A DNA stretch of 64,000 bases from Mobula hypostoma (GCF_963921235.1 NC_086097.1:806001-870000), one strand, 5' to 3'. Counted from the stretch's first letter, positions 27,020-39,418 are shown. Program-made: numbers and translations. The notes: generated by a model from the letters alone, not told the origin.

Positions 27020-27256
27020 AAGCAACACACATCAAAGTTGCTGCTGAACGCAGCAGGCCAAGCGGCATCTCTAGGAAGAGGTACAGTCGACGTTTCGGGC
27101 CGAGACCCTTCATCAGGAATAACTGAAGGAAGGGTCTCGGCCTGAAACGTCGACTGTACCTCTTCCTAGAGATGCTGCCTGGCCTGCTGCGTTCACCAGC
27201 ATTTTGTGTGTGTTGCTTGAATTTCCAGCATCTGCAGAATTCCTCGTGTTTGCATT
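27020..27256. mobile_element. Palindromic Penelope-like non-autonomous element with 13-bp TSD
   Basis: Arms ~27020-27112 and ~27128-27218 are inverted copies. ACTAAATAATGTT occurs at 27007-27019 and 27257-27269. Confidence 0.8.
27084..27124 (-). ncRNA. Minimal type I hammerhead ribozyme motif
   Basis: Minus strand AUUC-CUGAUGA-A-GGGUCUCGGCCC-GAAAC-GUC-GACUG: catalytic boxes, stem II hairpin and GUC triplet; stem I has one mismatch. Confidence 0.7.
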
Positions 27257-27269
27257 ACTAAATAATGTT

Positions 27270-27568
27270 GCGTGGATTTCCAGCATCTGCAGATTTTGTC
27301 TTGTTTATGATTTGATTACTACACTACAAAGTCTCTCCAGGGATGCCTATTCCGAAGAACTTTAAATCTTCCCTTCAACGGGAGTTTAGTCAAACCCTCT
27401 GTCACTGCTCCCCTCTGTGATCTCTGCTGCTCTCCGACTGTCACCTCCCCAACTTTTAAATCTTTTCCTCATCTTTTGCCAAAGGGTCTCAGCCCAAAAC
27501 ATTAACTGTACTTTTTTCCCATAGATGCTGTCCGGCCTGCTGAGTTCTTTCAGCACTTTGTGTGTGTG
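27270..27568 (+). mobile_element. Older Penelope-like repeat with degenerate hammerhead core
   Basis: GGATTTCCAGCATCTGCAGA...AAAGGGTCTCAGCCCAAAAC...AGATGCTGTCCGGCCTGCTGAGTTC resembles the younger elements. Confidence 0.65.
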
Positions 27569-29329
27569 CTACTGAAAAAAGGAATTGGGTTGTTTTCTTG
27601 AAGTTGTACAAGACTTTGGCGAAGCCTAATTTGTAGTATTGTGTGCAGTTTTGGTCACCCACCTACAGGAAAGATGTAAACAAGGTTGAAAGAGGGCAGA
27701 GAAAATTTACAATGATGTTGCTGGGACTTGAGGATCTGAGTTATATGAAAAGGACTTTATTCCCTGAAGCTTAGGAGAATGAGGGGAGATTTGATACAGG
27801 CATACAAACTTACGAGGGACTTTGTTAGGGAAAATGCAATCAGGCTTTTTCCACAGAGATAGAGGTCATGGATTAAGGGTGAAAGGTGAAATGATTAAGG
27901 AGAACATGAGGAGGAACTTCTTCACTCAGAGGGTGATGTGAGTGTGGAATAAACTGCCAGCACAAGGGGTGGATGCGGGTTCAATTTCACCATTTACAAG
28001 AACTTTGGATGGTACATGAATGTGAGGGGTATAGAGGACCATGGTCCAGACGCAGGTCTATAGGACTAGGCAGATTAATGGTTCAGCGGAGTAGACGGGA
28101 CAAAGGGCCTATTTCTGTGCTGTAATGTTCCAGCATTCACTGACTCTGCCAGATTGTTTACTCGTGAAAGTATCGGGACTGGCTGTATCACAGTCTAACA
28201 TGGCAATGCGTATCCGCAAGAATGTAAGAAGCTGAAGACGTCAGTGGACTCATCATGGGCACATCCCTCTTCACCATCTCAAGTTGGCAACATCCATCAT
28301 CAAAGATCCCCACAATCCAGACCATGCTATCTTAGATACTGATGGTGGGAAAACAGTGCCAGCTGTGGCACTACAATTAGCACTGTTCCACCATATGTGA
28401 GGAAAAGAACCAGGAGAGCAGGGGAGCATACAAGTGTTTCAGTGTTCACATATAAGACTCAGAGAACATGCCACCACTCTGTTGCCAGTCAGGGATGTCT
28501 CAAAGTGGTGCAGGGCAGAAAGCAAACAGCTAGTTGTCGTGGAGTGCATCAGCTACCAGCAACACGGGGACAGTAATTGTTTAAATGTTTCATAGTTACT
28601 GTGAGAGAATTTGCCTTGACCTCAGAAAGCACATTCCAGATTGCAACCACTCAGTAGGAAATATTCCTCCTCAGATTCTCCCCATGCCTCCCACCCCTTA
28701 CCATAAATCTCTGTTCTCTTGTCTCAGATAGACCCTGCCATGGGAAAAATATGTTCAATATCTACCCATCTGAGGATAGAAAGTGAGGAACTGAGGTCTC
28801 AAGGAACAGACTATAATGATCATTTTGTTAAGTATTACTTCTTTATACTGGATGCAATCACATAGTAAATCTGTCATGCTTGTAGCCAATAATACAATTT
28901 GGGAAATCTTATAAATCTAATGACCATTGGCCTGGTTATGGAGTCGTTGTTCACAGGATAAGTGAATGGAGACAGGAGACAGTAGAGTAGGGGACAGAAC
29001 CGATCGCTGCAAGACCAGAGGATGAAGCCAACAGTCTGAGCTTGGAGTTAATGGCTATTGGACTAATGGATGGAGCCAGTAGGCTAGTGTGATGGAAACA
29101 GCAACTACACAGGTCATTGGCTGTAGCAGTAGGGGCACAGTTTGTGATCAGAATTAAAGAACAGGATGTGGCAATTATGACCTGCAAGTGGTGTTTGTGA
29201 CTTAAGGGCTGGAGTGAGTGGCCGGGAGGGAATTGAGTTGGTGGTCAGAGGAGAGTGGAGGCAGTCGCAGGCTGGGAGTAGAGTCAATGACAGGAAGGAA
29301 CTAAGTGATCGATCGATCGAGCAATACAG

Positions 29330-29790
29330 CATGGATACTGGCCGTTTGGCCCAACAAATTCATGCTGACTAAGCTACTAACCATCTGATCCCAATTACTT
29401 GTGTTCAGCCCATACCCCTTAAAGTCCCAATCCTTCCACATATCAATCTAAATGTCACTATTGTGCCTGCCTCACACACTTCCTCTGGCAGCTCATTCCA
29501 TTTACTTGTAGCCTCAATGTGAAAAAAAACTGCCACCATACTCTGCCAGCAATGCTCGTTTAAATGAGTGATGCACATCTACTCTGAGGTCCCTCTGTTC
29601 CATTTCACAACCTAGTTCCTTGGCAATCAGAAAAGGTTCTCTTTATTTCCACTCTTTGCCTCCTGCCAATCAGCAAGGCTTTACCATGCTAGTAGTTTTC
29701 CTGTCATACCACGGGCTCTTATGTTGTTAAGCAGCTTCCTGTGCAGCACCTTGTCAAAGGCCTTCTGAAAATCCAAATACACTACATTGA
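29330..29790 (-). mobile_element. Fragmented old CR1 remnants
   Basis: CR1-type 3' UTR near 29330-29520 and VVYLDFQKAFDKV in ORF 29681..29902. Confidence 0.7.
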
Positions 29791-30139
29791 TCAATTCAAT
29801 ATAGGTACATTGCGCCAATATAGGCGCAACGAAAGCGTGCTGTGCGCAAGGCCCAAGCAGCATCCACTGCCACGACAGCACCCACCCACTTGTGTCCCAC
29901 ATGTGGATGAGCTTTCAGGGCCCGGATTGGCCTCATCAGTCACCTCCGGACCCACAGCCACCAATCTCCCATTTGACTTTGAAGCCATGGTCATCTTCGA
30001 CTATGGAGGACGAACAACAACAACAACATAGGTACATTTAATGTCAGAGAAATGTATACAATATACATCCTGAAATTATTTTTCTTCGCAAACGTCCACC
30101 AGTGCCCAAAGAATGAATGACAGTGAAATGTTAGAACCC

Positions 30140-30460
30140 CAAAGTCTCCATATATCTTGCTCAACTCTCTATCACCTCACCCCTCTTCATTGTCCTAACC
30201 TCCCTCATCACCTTATCCCTCTTCATTTCCCCAATACCTCCTCACACAGCCTCATCCTCCCTCACCCCCATATCCCCCTCACATCCATTTCCATTCACCC
30301 ACCCTCACTCCCCCTCACACCCTCATCCTATCCTCCCTCACATCCATCCCCCATATCAATTTTACCCACATCCCTCACCTCTCCCCCATCTCCTCTTAAT
30401 TTTTCTCACACCTCCTAATCCTCTTTATGCACCTCGCACCCATCTTCCCCTCATCCAACA
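30140..30460. repeat. C/T-rich low-complexity tract
   Basis: CCCTC/CCTCA-rich and nearly devoid of G on the plus strand. Confidence 0.85.
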
Positions 30461-30800
30461 ACCCGGCGCTTGCTTTCACGCGGAGCCGAGTTCTGAGCCT
30501 CGTCTCCATCCTCGGCTTCTCCTCACTCACCCTCAGCCGCTCGATTTACTCCGAAACCGCCTCCGACAGCGGAGTCGCAGCATCAGCACCGGCTCCCGAG
30601 TCCCGCCTGTAAATACCCGAGCAGAGCCGGAATCGCCCGAGTTCCGTGGGCCGTGTCCGAGCAGAGCCGGAAACGCCCGAGCTCCGTGGGCCGTGTCCGA
30701 GTCGCCGGAAACGCCCGAGTTCCGTGCGCCGTGGCCGAGACGCTGGAAACGACCGACCTCTGTGTGATGTATGTTATGCAGCTTGGCCCCGCAGGAACGC
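30460..30800 (-). promoter_or_regulatory. CpG island, candidate promoter/first exon, with a 40-bp GC-rich tandem repeat
   Basis: Dense CpG in a CpG-poor background. About 3.5 copies of CCGAGCAGAGCCGGAA(T/A)CGCCCGAG(T/C)TCCGTGGGCCGTGT from 30617. Minus-strand donor AGG|GTGAGT at 30531/30530. Confidence 0.6.
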
Positions 30801-30906
30801 TTTCTAGTTCGACTGTATCTGTGCGTGGTTTAATAGAATAGTACAGCACAGTACAGGCCCTTCGGCCCACAAGGGATTCTTACTAGCTCTTCTTTCAGTT
30901 AGTCCT

Positions 30907-31570
30907 GAATTTTCTCTCCATTTAGAAAATAGTCTACCCTTTCATTTCTTCTACCAAAGTGCATGACCATACACTTCCTGACACTGTATTCCATCTGCCG
31001 CTTCTTTGTCCATTCTCCTAATCTGTTTTAGTCTTTCTGTAGCCTCTCTACTTCCTCAAAACTACCTGCCCCTCCACTTATCTTCATATGGTCTGTAAAC
31101 TCTGCAACAAAGCTATCAATTCCATCATCCAAATCATTGACATATAGCATAAAAAGAGGCCGTCCCAACACAGACCCCTGTGGAACACCACTAGACACCG
31201 GCAGCCAACCAGAAAAGCCCATTTACTCCCACTCTTGTTAAGCAACCTCATGAGTGACAACATGTCAAAGGCCTTCTAAAAATCCAAATACATGACATCC
31301 ACCGATTCACCTTTATCTATCTTGCTTGTTATTTCTTCAAAGACTTCAAACAGATATGTCAAGCAAATTTTTCTCTTAAGGAAAGCATGCTGAGTATGAC
31401 CTATTTTATCATGTGCCTTGAAGTCCCCCAAAACTGCATCCTTAACAATTGATTCCATCTTCTCAACCACTGAAGTTAGGCTGACTGGCTTATAATTTCC
31501 TTTCTTGTCTCTCTCCCTTGCAAATGGACAATTGCAATTTTTTCTCCTCCTGAGCCATGCCAGAATTTTT
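30907..31570 (-). mobile_element. Degenerate CR1 RT fragment
   Basis: ORFs 31028..31222 ([10 protein letters not shown]) and 31276..31608 (GNYKPVSLTS). Confidence 0.85.
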
Positions 31571-32124
31571 CTTTTCATGCAGAGAGCGGGGATCTGGGGG
31601 TCTTCCACCAGGCCATCAGACTGCTTAATTCATGCTGACGCAGCTGTATTTTTATGTTATATTGACTGTTCTGTTGTACATACTATTTAATATAAATTAC
31701 TTTAATCAGAATCAGGTTTATTATCACCGGCATGTGACGTGAAATTTGTTAACTTAGCAGCAGCAGTTCAATGCAATACATAATCTAGCAGAGAGAGAAA
31801 AGAAATAAATAAAATAAAACATAATAATATATCAACAAGTAAATCAATTACGTATATGGAATAGATTATTAAAAAATGTGCAAAAACAGAAATACTGTAT
31901 ATTAAAAAAAAGTGAGTTAGTGTCCAATGGTTCAATGTCTATTTAGGAATGGGATGGCAGAGGGGAAGAAGCTGTTCCTGAATCGCTGAGTGTGTGCCTT
32001 CAGGCTTCTGTACCTCCTACCTGATGGTAACAGTGAAAAAAGGGCATGCCCTGGGTGCTGGAGGACTTTAATAATGGACGCTGCCTTTCTGAGACACTGC
32101 TCCCTAAAGATGTCCTGGGTACTT

Positions 32125-32473
32125 CTCCTCCGGGAGAAGGCTCAGGAGCTTGAAGACTCATACAGCCAGATTTGGGAACAGCTTCTTTCCAACTGAGATA
32201 AGACCGCTGAACGGATCCTGACCCGGATCTGGGCGATACCCTCCAAATATCCGGTCCTGCCTCTCGGTTTTTTTTGCACTACCTTACTTTCCATTTTTTC
32301 TATTTTCTATTTATGATTTATAATTTAAATTTTTAATATTTACTAATTTTTACTATTTTTAATATTTAATATTTGTAATCCAGGGAGTGGGAAGCGCAGA
32401 ATCAAATATCGCTGTGATGATTGTACATTCTAGTACCAATTGTTTGGCAACAATAAAGTATAAAGTATAAGTA
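32125..32473 (+). mobile_element. Rex1/Babar-type 'family C' 3' fragment nested in family A, 5-bp TSD TACTT
   Basis: Highly similar to 43125-43460. TACTT at 32120-32124 and 32474-32478. Confidence 0.88.
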
Positions 32474-33130
32474 TACTTTGTAGGCTAGTGCCCAAGATAG
32501 AGCTGACTAGATTTACAACCTTCTGCAGCTTCTTTCGGTCCTGTGCAGTAGCTCCTCCATACCAGACAGTGATGCAGCCTGTCAGAATGCTCTACACGGT
32601 ACAACTATAGAAGTTTTTGAGTGTATTTGTTAACATGCCAAATCGCTTCAAACTATTAATAAAGTATAGCCACTGTCTTGCCTTCTTTATAACTACATCG
32701 ATATGTTGGGACCAGGTTAGGTCCTCAGAGATCTTGACACCCAGGAACTTGAAGCTGCTCACTCTCTCCATTTCTGATCCCTCTGAGGATTGGTGTGTCT
32801 TCCTTCGTCTTACCCTTCCTGAAGTCCACAATCAGCTCTTTCGTCTTACTGAAGTTGAGTGCCAGGTTGTTGCTGCGGCACCACTCCACTAGCTGGTATA
32901 TTTCGCTCCTGTATGCCCTCTCTTAACCACCTGAGATTCTACCAACAATGGTTGTATCATCAGCAAATTTGTAAATGGTATTAGAGCTATACCTAGCCAC
33001 ACAGTCATGGGTATATAGAGAGTAGAGCAGTGGGCTAAGCACACACCCCTGTGGTGTGCCAGTGTTGATCGTCAGCAAAGAGGATACGTTATCACCAATC
33101 CACACAGATTGTGGTCTTCCGGTTAGGGAG

Positions 33131-33962
33131 TGTCATAGTCATGGTCATAGTCATACTTTATTGATCCCAGGGGGAAATTGGTTTTCATTACAGTTGCACC
33201 ATAAATAATAATTAGTAATAGAACCATAAATAGTTAGATAGTAATATGTAAATTATGCCAGTAAATTATGAAATAAGTCCAGGACCAGCCTATCAGCACA
33301 GGGGGTCTGACCCTCCAAGGGAGGAGTTGTAAAGTTTGATGGCCACAGGCAGGAATGACTTCCTATGACGCTCTGTGCTGCATCTTGGAGGAATGAGTCT
33401 CTGGCTGAATGTACTCCTGTGCCCACCCAGTACGTTATGTAGTGGATGGGAGACATTGACCAAGATGGCATGCAACTTAGACAGCTTTTCAGACACCACC
33501 GTGAGAGAGTCTAGTTCCATCCCCACAACATCACTGGCCTTATGAATAAGTTTGTTGATCCTGTTGGTGTCTGCTACCCTCAGCCTGCTGCCCCAGCACA
33601 CAACAGCAAACATGATAGCACTGGCCACCACAGACTCGTAGAACATCCTCAGCATCGTCTGGCAGATGTTACAGGACCGCAGTCTCCTCAGGAAATAGAG
33701 ACGGCTCTGACCCTTCTTGTAGAAAGCGTCAATGTTCTTTGACCAGTCCAGTTTATTGTCAATACGTATCCCCAGGTATTTGTAATCCTCCACAATGTCC
33801 ACACTGACCCCCTGGATGAAAACAGGGGTCACCGGTGCCTTAGCTCTCCTCAGGTCTACCACCAGCTCCTTAGTCTTTTTCACATTAAGCTGCAGATAAT
33901 TCTGCCCACACCATGTGACAAAGTTTCCTACAGTAGCCCTGTACTCGACCTCATCTCCCTTG
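33131..33962 (-). mobile_element. Rex1/Babar-type 'family B' 3' fragment ((GACTAT)n tail) nested in family A
   Basis: LQLNVKKTKELVVD...YKYLG...SRLYFLRRL...SFLPVAIKLYN. Highly similar to 52040-52870. Confidence 0.9.
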
Positions 33963-35637
33963 TGGAGGATCCAATTACAGAGGGAGGTACAGAGGCCCAG
34001 GTTCTGCAACTTCTCAATCAATTTGTGAGAATTATCGTATTACATGCTGAGCTATAGTCGATGAACAGCATCCTGACGTAGGTGTTTGTGTTGTCCAGGT
34101 GGTCTAAAGCCGTGTGAAGAGCCATGGAGATTGCGTCTGCCGTTGACCTATTGTGGCGATAGGCAAATTGCAATGGGTCCAGGTCCTTGCTGAGGCAGGA
34201 GTTCAGTCTAGTCATGACCAGCCTCTCAAAGCATTTCATCACTGTCGATGTGAGTGCTACCGGGCGATAGTCATTAAGGCAGCTCAGATTATCCTTCTTA
34301 GGCACTGGTATAATTGTTGCCTTTCTGAAGCAAGTGGGAACTTCCGCCCGTAGCAGTGAGAGGTTGAAAATGTCCTTGAATACTCCTGCTAGTTGGTTGG
34401 CACAGGTTTTCAGAGCCTTACCAGGTACTCTATCGGGACCTTCTGCCTTGCGAGGATTCACCCTATTTAATAAAGACAGTCTAACATCGGCCTCTGAGAC
34501 AGAGATCACAGGGTCATCAGGTGCAGCAGGGATCTTCACAGCTGTAGTTGTGTTCTCCTTTTCGAAGCGGGCATAGAGGGCGTTGAGTTCATCCGCTAGT
34601 GAAGCACTGCTGTCGTTGGGTTTCGCTGTGTAGGAAGTAATGTCTTGCAGTCCCTGCCAGAGTTGCCGTACATCTGATATCGCCTTCAACCTCGTTCGAA
34701 ATTGTCCCTTCGCCCTTGAAGTAGCCCTCCGCAAATCATACCTGGTTTTCTGGTAAAGACCTGCATCGCCAGACTTGAATGCCACAGATCTAGTCTTCAG
34801 CAGATGACGTACCTCCTGGTTCATCCACGGCTTTTGGTTTGGGAATGTGCAGCAAGTCTTTGTAGGCACACACTCATCCACACAGGTTCTAATGAAGTCG
34901 GTAACAACTGCAACATACTCATCCAGATTCAAAGATGAATCCCTGAGTACAGTCCAGTCCATTGATTCAAAGCAATTGCACATTGTACATTCAGACAGAG
35001 ACGTAACATGAAGATTTTTACTCCTTATGTGTATGAAGGATGTACGGTAAGTGATAAAGTCAATTCAATTCAATGTGCCTATTCTGATTTTGTTTGTTTT
35101 TATTGTGCAGGGAGGGGGAAGTTGGGAATTGATGATTGTGCTACCTTTCATTTCTTTCTTGCTTTCGTGGCTACCTGGAGAAGAAGAATTTCAGAGTTGT
35201 ATATTTTGATAACAAATGACGGGTTGCAGATGACTGACAGCAATGAAGAACACACATATTTCATTCATGGATGTCAGTGAGTTACTGAGTCTTCTTTCTA
35301 TTCTGGGTGTCTCAGATGACGGATGCTGCTTTCCTGTGACATGGCTCCCAGGAGATGTGATTCAGCCAACAAGGTTATGTGCTGCCCTATCTTCTGCCTA
35401 GTTACTCTTTTTCCCTTAATACATTTATAACATTTATTTGGATTCTCTTTAATCCTCTCCACCAAGGTCATCCCATTCCCCCTCATTTCCCTCTTGATTT
35501 CCTTCTTAAGAACACTGCTGCATCTCCCTACAAGCCAGAGATTCACTCAGTCCCTACTGCCTGTATCTGACCCAGGCAGTGAACCTGGGAATGTATAGGG
35601 ACTAGGGCCTGCACAGTTTGTAGGGAATACAGGAACT

Positions 35638-35980
35638 AGAATCAGAATGAGGTTATTATCACTGACAAATGCCATGAAATATGATATGCTTGTGGCAGCA
35701 GTGCAGTGCATTACATTTTTAAATGACTATATTACAATAAAAAATGATACGAATAGATTGTAAAAGAGGAATAGTGAAGTGAGGTAGTGTTGATGGATTC
35801 ATGGACCATTCAGAAATCTGATGGTGGAGGGAAAGAAGCTGTTCCTACAATGTTGAGTGTGGGTCTTCAGGCTCCAGTATCTCCTCCTTGATGGTAGGTA
35901 GTAATGGAAAGAGGGATATCACGGAAGCTGATGGTCCTTAATGATATATGCCATGTAATTGAGACATCACCTACTGAAGA
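35638..35980 (-). mobile_element. Older Rex1/Babar-type 3' remnant
   Basis: GAATCAGAATGAGGTTATTATCAC tail and GGAAAGAAGCTGTTCCT...GTCTTCAGGCTCC resemble the family A 3' end. Confidence 0.6.
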
Positions 35981-36126
35981 GAGGATTCTGGTAAATTGAT
36001 ACAAACCACTCATTCTGTTTTACTAATGGTAGACAGTGACCGATCTGAGTCAGGTTCATTATGAATTTCCTGCTCTTGAACCAAACAGATGAACTTAGAG
36101 CGTGGATCAGTACTTGGAGCTATGAT

Positions 36127-36411
36127 GTCAAAGTTGCTGGTGAACGCAGCAGGCCAGGCAGCATCTGTAGGAAGAGGTGCAGTCGACGTTTCAGGCCGAG
36201 ACCCATCGTCAGGACGAACTGAAGGAAGAGTTAGTAAGAGATTTGAAAGTGGGAGGGGGAGGGGGAGATCCAAAATGATAGGAGAAGACAGGAGGGGGAG
36301 GGATGGAGCCAAGAGCTGGACAGGTGATTGGCAAAAGGGGTAGCAAGATTAATGTGCCAGCAACTTTGATGTGTGTTGCTTGAATTTCCAGCATCTGCAG
36401 AATTCCTCGTG
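36127..36411. mobile_element. Palindromic Penelope-like element with 14-bp TSD
   Basis: CTTGGAGCTATGAT at 36113-36126 and 36412-36425. TCAAAGTTGCTGG / CCAGCAACTTTGA inverted arms. Confidence 0.82.
36181..36220 (-). ncRNA. Minimal type I hammerhead ribozyme motif
   Basis: Minus strand GUC-CUGACGA-U-GGGUCUCGGCCU-GAAAC-GUC-GACU. Confidence 0.65.
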
Positions 36412-36528
36412 CTTGGAGCTATGATTTTGTGGGCATTACAGAGACTTGGATGGCTCAAGGGCAGGAATCGTTACTTCGAGTTCCAAGCTTTAAGTGTTTC
36501 AGAAAGGGTAGGGAGAGAGGCAAAAGAG

Positions 36529-37192
36529 ATTAGATTATGAGGACATTCAGTCCTCGTTTATTGTCATTTAGAAATGCATGCATTAAAAAATGATACATTG
36601 TTCCTCCAGAATGATATTGCAGAAACACAGGACAAACCAAGACTGAGACTGACAAAACCACATAATTATAACATATAGTTACAACAGTGCAAAGCAATAC
36701 CATAATTTGATAAAGAGCAGACCATGGGCACGGTAATAAAAGTCTCAAGTCCCGATAGCCCATCATCTCACACAGATGGCAGAAGGGAGAATCTCTCCCT
36801 GCCATGAACCTCCAAGCGCCGCAAACTTGCCGATGCAGCACATTCGGAAGTGCCCAACTGCAGCGGGCTCCAAGTCTGTCCAAAAACTTCGAGCCTCCAA
36901 CCAGCCCTCTGACACCAAGCACGGAGCACCATCTCTGCTGAGCACCTCGACCCCACCCCAGCCGCCGAGCAACAAGCAAAGCCGAGGACTCGGGGCCTTC
37001 CCCTCTGGAGATTCTGAATCACACAGTAGCAGCGGCAGCGAAACAGGCATTTCAGAAGTTTCACCAGATGTTCCTCCGTGCTGTCACGTATGTCTGCTCA
37101 AATCAGGATTGTGCATGGCCCCCCACTTGACAGATAACAGACATCACCACCGGAGTGGCTGCTCCGAGCTGCATCACGCCGCCATCTTCTCA
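36529..37192 (-). mobile_element. Non-coding ~660-bp retroposon (SINE-like/non-autonomous) nested in CR1
   Basis: Minus strand begins AGAAGATGGCGGCG and ends GACAATAAACG...CATAATCTAATC. Interrupts the CR1 APE region. Confidence 0.7.
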
Positions 37193-39418
37193 TCCCGCCA
37201 TGAAAGTGTCAAGGCTGCAGAAATGGAGGGATTGTCTACGGAGTCTCTGTGAGTGGAAATTAGGAGCAGGAAGGGGTCAATAATTCTTCAGGGTGTTTTT
37301 TATAGACCACCCAATAGCAACAGGGACATCGAGGAGCAGACGGGGAGACAGATTCTGGAAAGGTGTAATAATATCAGGGTTGTCGAGGTGAGAGATTTTA
37401 ATTTCCCAAATATTGATTGCAATATGAGGGGTTTAGATGTGATGGAGTTTGTTAGGTGTGTCCAGGAAGGTTTCTTGACAGAATATGTAGATAAACCTAC
37501 AAGAGGAGAGGCTGTACTTGATCTGGTATTGGGAAATGAACATGATCAGGTGTCAGATCTCTCACTGGGACAGCATTTTGGAGATAGTGATCACAATTCT
37601 AACTCCTTTACCATAGCATTGGAGAGGGATAGGAACAGACAAGTTAGGGAAATGTTTAATTGGAGTAAGGGGAAATATGAGGCGATCAGGCAGGAACTTG
37701 GAAGCATAAATTGGAAACAGATGTTCTCAGGGAAACGTACGGAAGAAATGTGGCAAATGTTCAGGGGATATTTGCATGGGGTTCTGAGTAGGTACATTCC
37801 AATGAGACATGGAAAGGATGATAGGATACAAGATCTGTGGTGTACAAAGGCAGCTGTAAATCTAGTCAAGAGGGTAAAAAGAGCTTACGAAAGGTTCAAA
37901 AAATTAGGTAATGATAGGAATCTAGAAGATTATAAGGCTGGCAGGAAGGATCTTAAGAATGAAATTAGGAGAGCCAGAAGGGACCATGAGAAGGCCTTGG
38001 CGGACAGGATTAAGGAAAACCCCAAGGCATTCTATAAGTATGTGAAGAGCAAGAGGATAAGACATGAGAGAATAAGATCAATCAAGTGTGACAACGGAAG
38101 AGTGTGTATGGAACCAGAGGAAATAATGGTGGTCCTTAATGAATACTTTGTTTCAGTATTCACTATGGAAAAGGATCTTGGTGATTGTAGGGATGACTTA
38201 CAGTGGGCTGAAAAGCTTGAGCATGTAAATATTAAGAAAGAGGATGTGCTGGAGCTTTTGGAAAGCATCAAGTTGGAGAAGTCACCGGGACGGGATGTAC
38301 CCCAGGCTACCGTGGGAAGCGAGGGAGGAGATTGCTGAGCCTCTGGCAATGATCTTTGCAGCATCAATGAGGACGGGAGAGGTTCTGGAGGATTGGAGGG
38401 TTGCAGATGTTGTTCCATTATTCAAGAAAGGGAGTAGAGATAGCCCAGGAAATTTTAGGCCAGTGAGTCTTACTTCAGTGGCTGGTAAGTTGATGGAGAA
38501 GATCCTGAGAGGCAGGATTTATGAACATTTGGAGAGGCATAATATGATTAGGAATAGTCAGCATGGCTTTGTCAAAGGTAGGTCATGTCTTACGAGTCTG
38601 ATTGAATTTTTTGAGGATGTGACTAGACACAGTGATGAAGGTAGAGCAGTAGATGTAGTGTATATGGATTTCAGCAAGGCATTTGATAAGGTACCCCATG
38701 CAAGGCTTATTGAGAAAGTAAGAAGGCATGGGATCGAAGGGGAAATTGCTTTGTGGATCTAGAACTGGCTTGCCCACAGAAGGCAAAGAGTGGTTGTAGA
38801 CGGGTCATATTCTGCATGGAGGCCAGTGACCAGTGGTGTGCCTCAGGGATCTGTTCTGGGATGCCTACTCTTCGTGATTTTTATAAATGACCTGGATGAG
38901 GAAGTGGAGAGATGGGTTAGTAAATTTGCTGATGACACAAAGGTTGGGGGTGTTGTGGATTGTGTGGAGAGTTGTCAGGGGTCACAGCGGGACATTGATA
39001 GGATGCAAAACTGGGCTGAGAAGTGGCAGATGGAATTCAACCCAGATAAGTGTGAGGTGGTTCATTTTGGTGGGTCAAATATGATGGCAGAATATAGTAT
39101 TAATGGTAAGACTCTTGGCAGTGTGGAGGATCAGAGGGATCCTGGGGTCCGAGTCCATAGGACACTCAAAGCTGCTACGCAGGTTGACTCTGTGGTTAAG
39201 AAGGCATACGGTGCATTAGCGTTCATCAATCGTGGGATTGAGTTTAAGAGCCGAGAGGTAATGTTGCAGCTATATAGGACCCTGGTCAGACCCCACATGG
39301 AGAATTGTGCTCAATTCTGGTCGATTCACTACAGGAAGGATGTGGAAACTATAGAAAGGGTGCAGAGGAGATTTGCAAGGATGTTGCCTGGATTGGGGAG
39401 CATACCTTATGAGAATAG

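Larger units (their letters stand above)
26825..28130 (+). mobile_element. Degenerate CR1 3' portion interrupted by Penelope-like repeats
   Basis: QMEFNADKCQVLHFGRTN at the start. Resumes at ~27570 (TATTGTGTGCAGTTTTGGTCACC) through the CR1 3' UTR. Confidence 0.8.
31703..34980 (-). mobile_element. Rex1/Babar-type LINE ('family A', (ATTCTG)n tail), 5'-truncated, carrying two nested insertions
   Basis: ORF 34018..34983 ([25 protein letters not shown]), 32923..33105 ([15 protein letters not shown]...KFADD) and 32592..32831. Tail AATCAGAATCAGGTTTATT at ~31704. Confidence 0.9.
31600..35072 (+). mobile_element. Rex1/Babar-type 3' end ('family D', (CAATT)n tail), present only as two halves ~31600-31702 and ~34975-35072 around family A
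   Basis: CACCAGGCCATCAGACTGCTTAAT...TATAAATTACT and AATTGCACATTG...GATAAAGTCAATTCAATTCAA read as one continuous 3' UTR once the insert is removed (my reconstruction). Confidence 0.55.
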
